DNA from: Octopus sinensis
Taxonomy: Eukaryota
Direction of reading: 5' to 3'
Assembly (NCBI RefSeq): GCF_006345805.1
Contig: NC_043018.1
Coordinates: 10,540,001-10,604,000, forward strand
DNA: 64,000 nucleotides
The notes under the pieces were generated by a model. It did not search any database. It saw only the letters and a program-made list of their open reading frames with translations, and had not been told where the DNA came from. Within the stretch, counting starts at the first letter, position 1. Every line of letters begins with the position of its first letter. Position numbers and translations under genes: made by a program. This document shows, in pieces, positions 59,888 through 64,000 of this stretch.

Positions 59888-62600
59888 TAATCCGAAAAAG
59901 AAGCACACTCTAAGTTATAGAGCAGTGTTATATAGATAAATTTAGATAAGGCCGGTTTATGGGATTACCTTGGGTTTCACGTCTATAAAACTCTTAGTTT
60001 TACGGCGTATCATCAGATGCCAAACCTGTTGGCTTATGGCTTCTCTAGGAAATGGAAGAGGAAAGCACCTCGTTACTCAACGTCAACAACAGAGGATTGT
60101 CTCTCTTCGACTATCGATCGTAAATGATCATTTTTATCTTGTGGGTTCCAATATGCCAGCAGGAATTTCCTGAAATACAAGCACGGTCCGAAGATCTCCA
60201 TTCTGGAGTTAAAGATGTTCCCCAGATCGAGGGAGTCCTTTAGTAGCTTCGCCCTTTTCCCTGTGCACAGTTTACAATACTTGGTCCGTTTATGTAGGGG
60301 CCTGGATTTTCTAGGATTCTCCATGAATCTCGTCGTCTCTCAGCTGCCATATATGGCTGACAAATGATGTAATGTATTTCCTTTCCAGTATGCTGAAGGA
60401 GGATCTGTGGTTGTAGAGGCGTTACTTGAATGTGTTTCGGGAGCAACCGATTAATCTCCGTACTCGGGTGTTGGCGGTGCTGTATCTGCTGGTGTCGGCA
60501 TTGCTGCTACCGCTAATATTGGTACTGGAGCTGTTGGTGTTGGTGTCATAGGAGATGGCGATGGTGTTGGGTGCCGTTAATTCTGGTGTTGGTAATGGTG
60601 CTGTTGTTGTTGTGGTCATCGTCGTTGATGGAGGCGCTGTCACTGCTGTTATAGATATCATTGGCAACGGCTCTACTGCTATTTCCGTTAGGGACACTGC
60701 CATTTCCTGTCGTTGATATTGTTCTTGTTGTTATCGCTGGCGACGGTGCTGCCGCTGGTTCTGTTTCTGTCTCTGCTGCTGCTGCTGCTGCTGCTGCTAT
60801 TCGTATCGGCCAGAACCTCAGCTTCATAGACGATTCGCTCGATTTCGCAGTGGCCTCTCACTGGGAATGTGTTGTGGTCCTTGCATGAACATCCTGCCTC
60901 CGTTCATGGTATAGGGATGCTCTTAATATTGGGTTCACAGCTAAAAGAGACCCTAAGGTTTTACCTATGTGAATGTGTGAAATTTCTATTGACTTAAAGA
61001 ATATCCTACCCACATACGCTTTTACATTAAGGTTGAAGTTGGGGCAAACCAAATAATATTTCTACGACGCTCCCCTCTACAGATGTAGTCCGGCGTGTAG
61101 GAGATGTGGTCCTTAAATCTGCTGGCAGCTAGAGCCTAGCTGTAGTAGGAGGCTGCTGTATCAGAAATCTCTTGGCTGGATCCTCTTAATAACACCCTTC
61201 ACCAAATGGTGAAGGTCTTGCTAACAACCTTCACAATGGGTGGGTGACAGGACGCTGTGATGGTGTACATTAGCCTCTCATTTGGCTTGTGGTAAGGGCT
61301 GTATGTACCGGGGCCCAAGTCGAGCCTGACATTTAAGAAACCGGTGGCGGTGAGATTGGTCCCGATGGTAATTTTCAGTCCCTTGGAGCCAAGTATGCTA
61401 ATTAGATCTTTCGTAAGCCTGTATAGGGTGTGTCCGTTTTCTCCTTTAGAGATGACCTGAGAGAGAGGCCGAAGAGGACAAAGGGAAACTTTTTCTTTGG
61501 GGCATCAAAGATATACAACCCGATGAGGTCACATACATCAGCGCTATCGCAGGCCCCTATCGCTACGTCAAAGGAGCCAGCGGAGTCGCATTGTTTGACC
61601 CAGCACTGTTTTCCTGGCGTGCATAATGACATCTGTATCCCTGCCGCTAACGTCAGTGAAGCCCCTTGCAAAGGAAAGTGCCATGACCAGTAACCCTTTT
61701 GATATAGACGAATAAAAATCGACCAAGTCAAACTGGGTGGACCTTGCTCTGTCTCTCCCTTTGTTGGTATTAAACCATGTAATCAGCTCGTTAGTGCTAC
61801 GCCATAGGAAAAGCTTGGTGGCTCTCCGTACGTCGTTGTTGATGATTCTCAATATCTGCTTTCTCGCTAGACCGATCTCGGATTTGGCCGGATTAATCAG
61901 GCGGCATTTAGGGTTTGAGGCAAAGTTCGGTTTATAATCATTGATGGTAATAAAGGCGCTCCTTTTAGCTAAGATCTCTACCCTATCAGCTATATCTAAG
62001 TCGTTGGCTAATTGTTTGGCTTCATTGTTGATGTCGTATGTGTGTGGGGAAGCGCGCCTATAATTCTGTGTAATATTGTTTTCTAGCAGCCTATCGTAGT
62101 CTATCCTATATAGGTTTTTCGTCTTATCTGAGAAGATTAGGGACCTATCCGAGTTTTTTAGCAGTCTAATGTTGGCACGGAGCTTCCGTTGGAAGGAGCA
62201 AGAGGACTTACGGAATTTTAGCTTGGGAATGATGCCCAGTAGGTCCATTTCGAAGGGTGGGTGTTTCCTAGATTTGACTCCATAGGTGTTGCTCTCCGGG
62301 AATATCGTGGCTAGGTCGTGGTAGAAGGCTTCCCAACTCATTTGCCTTATTACGTCGATCATTTTTCGAGTGTACAGCTCATTGGACGGTGTAGGTATAC
62401 TCTTAGTGGAGTAGCCGAGGCCAAAAGTGGTTTCCGTAAATATGTATATAAGCGTGGCCTGCTGGTCAGCTATTTAACACAAACCACGTGGCCTTTGTAA
62501 AAAGCTCCGGCCAGGGAGTGAGATGGATCGTCGGTTGAACCTAAATCCGAAAAATAAGCACATTCTTGCTCCCGGACCAGAGTGTTTTACAAAGATCACG
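59888..62600 (-). mobile_element. Penelope-like element (Naiad-type RT plus C-terminal GIY-YIG), degenerate
   Basis: DYKPNFASNPKCRLINPAKSEIG, FDLVDFYSSI, FDVAIGACDSADVCDLIGLYI, GLKITI, YHKPN..HPP, CSC..PVRGHC..IVYEAEV, FK*RLYNHRSSF, CKLC; AATCCGAAAAA(T/G)AAGCACA repeated at both ends (~59888 and ~62544); HHR in the 3' end. Confidence 0.85.
59960..60022 (-). ncRNA. Type I hammerhead ribozyme in the PLE 3' terminus
   Basis: Minus: TGGCAT-CTGATGA-T-ACG..TAAAACT/AGTTTTA..CGT-GAAA-CC-CAA-G-GTA-ATCCCA; same strand as the ORF, ~50 bp past it; predicted cleavage 59966/59965. Confidence 0.8.
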
Positions 62601-63547
62601 TAGTTTGTGTTAAATAACTGACTAGGAATATAATTAAGATTCTCTAATGAGAACTAAGATTATAATGATCACGTGATAAGGATATCACGTGATAAGGATA
62701 TGTCTGTTTACTTCATTGTCTCACCATGGAAGGGTGATTACCTCGCTCTCTCGCTTTCCGTTATTTGACTGCGGCCTTGCTGGAGCACCGCCATTAGCCG
62801 AACAAATCGACCCCCGGGACTTATTCGTTGTAAGCCCAGCACTTATTCTATCGGACTCTTTTGTCGAATCGCTATGTTACGGGGGCGTAAACACACCAGC
62901 ATCGGTTGTCAAACGATGGTGGGAGAACAAAAACAGACACACAAATACATACACATGTGTATATATATATATATATATCCTTGAGGTAAGGCTTTATTTC
63001 CACACACGCCAGCTTAATTTAATTCGTCCTTAGTCGAAAGACACCTGTTGTTATGTCCTGTTATTTGTATTTGTGCAACTTTCTCCGTTTTTTTTTTTTC
63101 GTCCTTGTTTTCGTATACATTCTCTGCTTTCTTCCAAGGAATCTAATGCTCTTGGCTTAGTATTTCCTTGGGGCTGGCCAGATTGGAGCAATCTCGAGTA
63201 TAAACAGCCGAAATTGCAAAGATACTCTGGAACTCGACTGATGAAAGAAAACTCTGACTGATCCGTTCTTGTTTTCTTTGTATCGTCTATCTGGATATTT
63301 TGTTGTCCCTTTCTTGTGTCACCCAACTGTCTGGATGTTTTGCGTTCTTTTCCCATTTTGTATTTATATACATACATATACATAGTGGTCGTATACTGTC
63401 AACTCAATGTGACAGTCCCGTAAGAGAATTACATCACCGCCATTTAGCCCTAGGAAACATCAACGTTTCCTATCGGCTTTGATACATTTTCTGTGTCCTT
63501 ATATTTGCAAAGGGGAGGCAATCACCCCCGCCAGCTGGGACAAGGCA

Positions 63548-63593
63548 CCTGAAGACATATGTTTCTGAGTGTATTTCTCGTCGTCAGTCCAGG
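63548..63593 (-). ncRNA. Minimal type I hammerhead ribozyme
   Basis: Minus: CCTGGA-CTGACGA-C-GAG-AAATACA-CTC-A-GAAA-CATAT-GTC-TTCAGG; palindromic ACATATGT stem III, GTC triplet, 6-bp helix I; C10.1.A11.1 mismatch. Confidence 0.8.
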
Positions 63594-63744
63594 GTAGTCA
63601 GTCTCGCTCGCTGAGATGACTGCAACCCCTTCGCAAATATATCCTATTTTCAGTAAAATTTATTTACTGATCACCGAAATTAGAAATATTGAATTTCTAA
63701 ATGTCTCAGAGAGAAATTCAATATTTCTATATATACATATATAC

Positions 63745-63896
63745 GAAAGGCTTCTTTCAGTTTCCGTCTACCAAATCCACTCACAAGGGTAGATGGCAGT
63801 TGCCGAAGTAGATGACTGTTGCCCAAGGTGTCACGCAGTGGGACTGAACCCGGAACTATGTGGTTGGGAATCAAGCTTCTTACCACATAGCCACTC

Positions 63897-63903
<7 letters not shown>
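63745..63903 (-). mobile_element. SINE family A, 5' part
   Basis: Head and first body segment; other partial copies at 13545-13750, 25367-25525, 53375-53590 and 62745-62960. Confidence 0.75.
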
Positions 63904-63929
<26 letters not shown>

Positions 63930-64000
63930 AGCGTGTGTGTGTGTGAGTGTGTGTGTGTGTGTGTGTGTACATATACATAACACATGAACAAAGATCACGC

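Noticed and set aside
60023-60920. Selenocysteine recoding in the Naiad-type PLE
   Set aside because: The in-frame TGA I saw is not at a conserved Cys position, I found no SECIS-like stem, and the copy has other stops and frameshifts.
63184-63250. Hammerhead-like pieces (GCAATC-TCGAGT, GCC-GAAATTGC, ACTCGA-CTGATGA), related segment at 59650-59720
   Set aside because: The order of the pieces fits none of types I-III and stem II cannot be formed.

Overview
AT-rich, microsatellite-dense eukaryotic DNA. The SINE families, repeat density and C2H2 gene type suggest an octopus genome (inferred from pattern recognition, not a database search). There is one 100-N scaffold gap at 22953-23052. The only convincing host coding sequence is a C2H2 zinc-finger exon (45697-47393, +) with an in-frame 36-bp acidic repeat. 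The rest is mostly transposon debris: an RTE LINE with a PHD finger and a long tandem-repeat 3' region, CR1/L2-type and restriction-like-endonuclease (R4/Dong-type) LINE ends, a Gypsy pol relic, a Naiad-type Penelope-like element (PLE), mariner/Tc1, hAT, piggyBac, Helitron and Merlin-like MITE pieces, several tRNA-headed SINE families and a U6 pseudogene. The main hidden signal is a set of nine type I hammerhead ribozyme (HHR) motifs read directly from the sequence. Six are complete or nearly so; three are decayed. One lies in the 3' end of the PLE, two form an inverted pair in a 170-bp palindrome, and one lies in a 477-bp unit with 30-bp terminal redundancy. Together they look like a cephalopod retrozyme/circRNA system beside a related PLE relic. 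Several long inverted repeats (up to 874 bp) could form dsRNA. Folds were worked out by hand and activity is untested.
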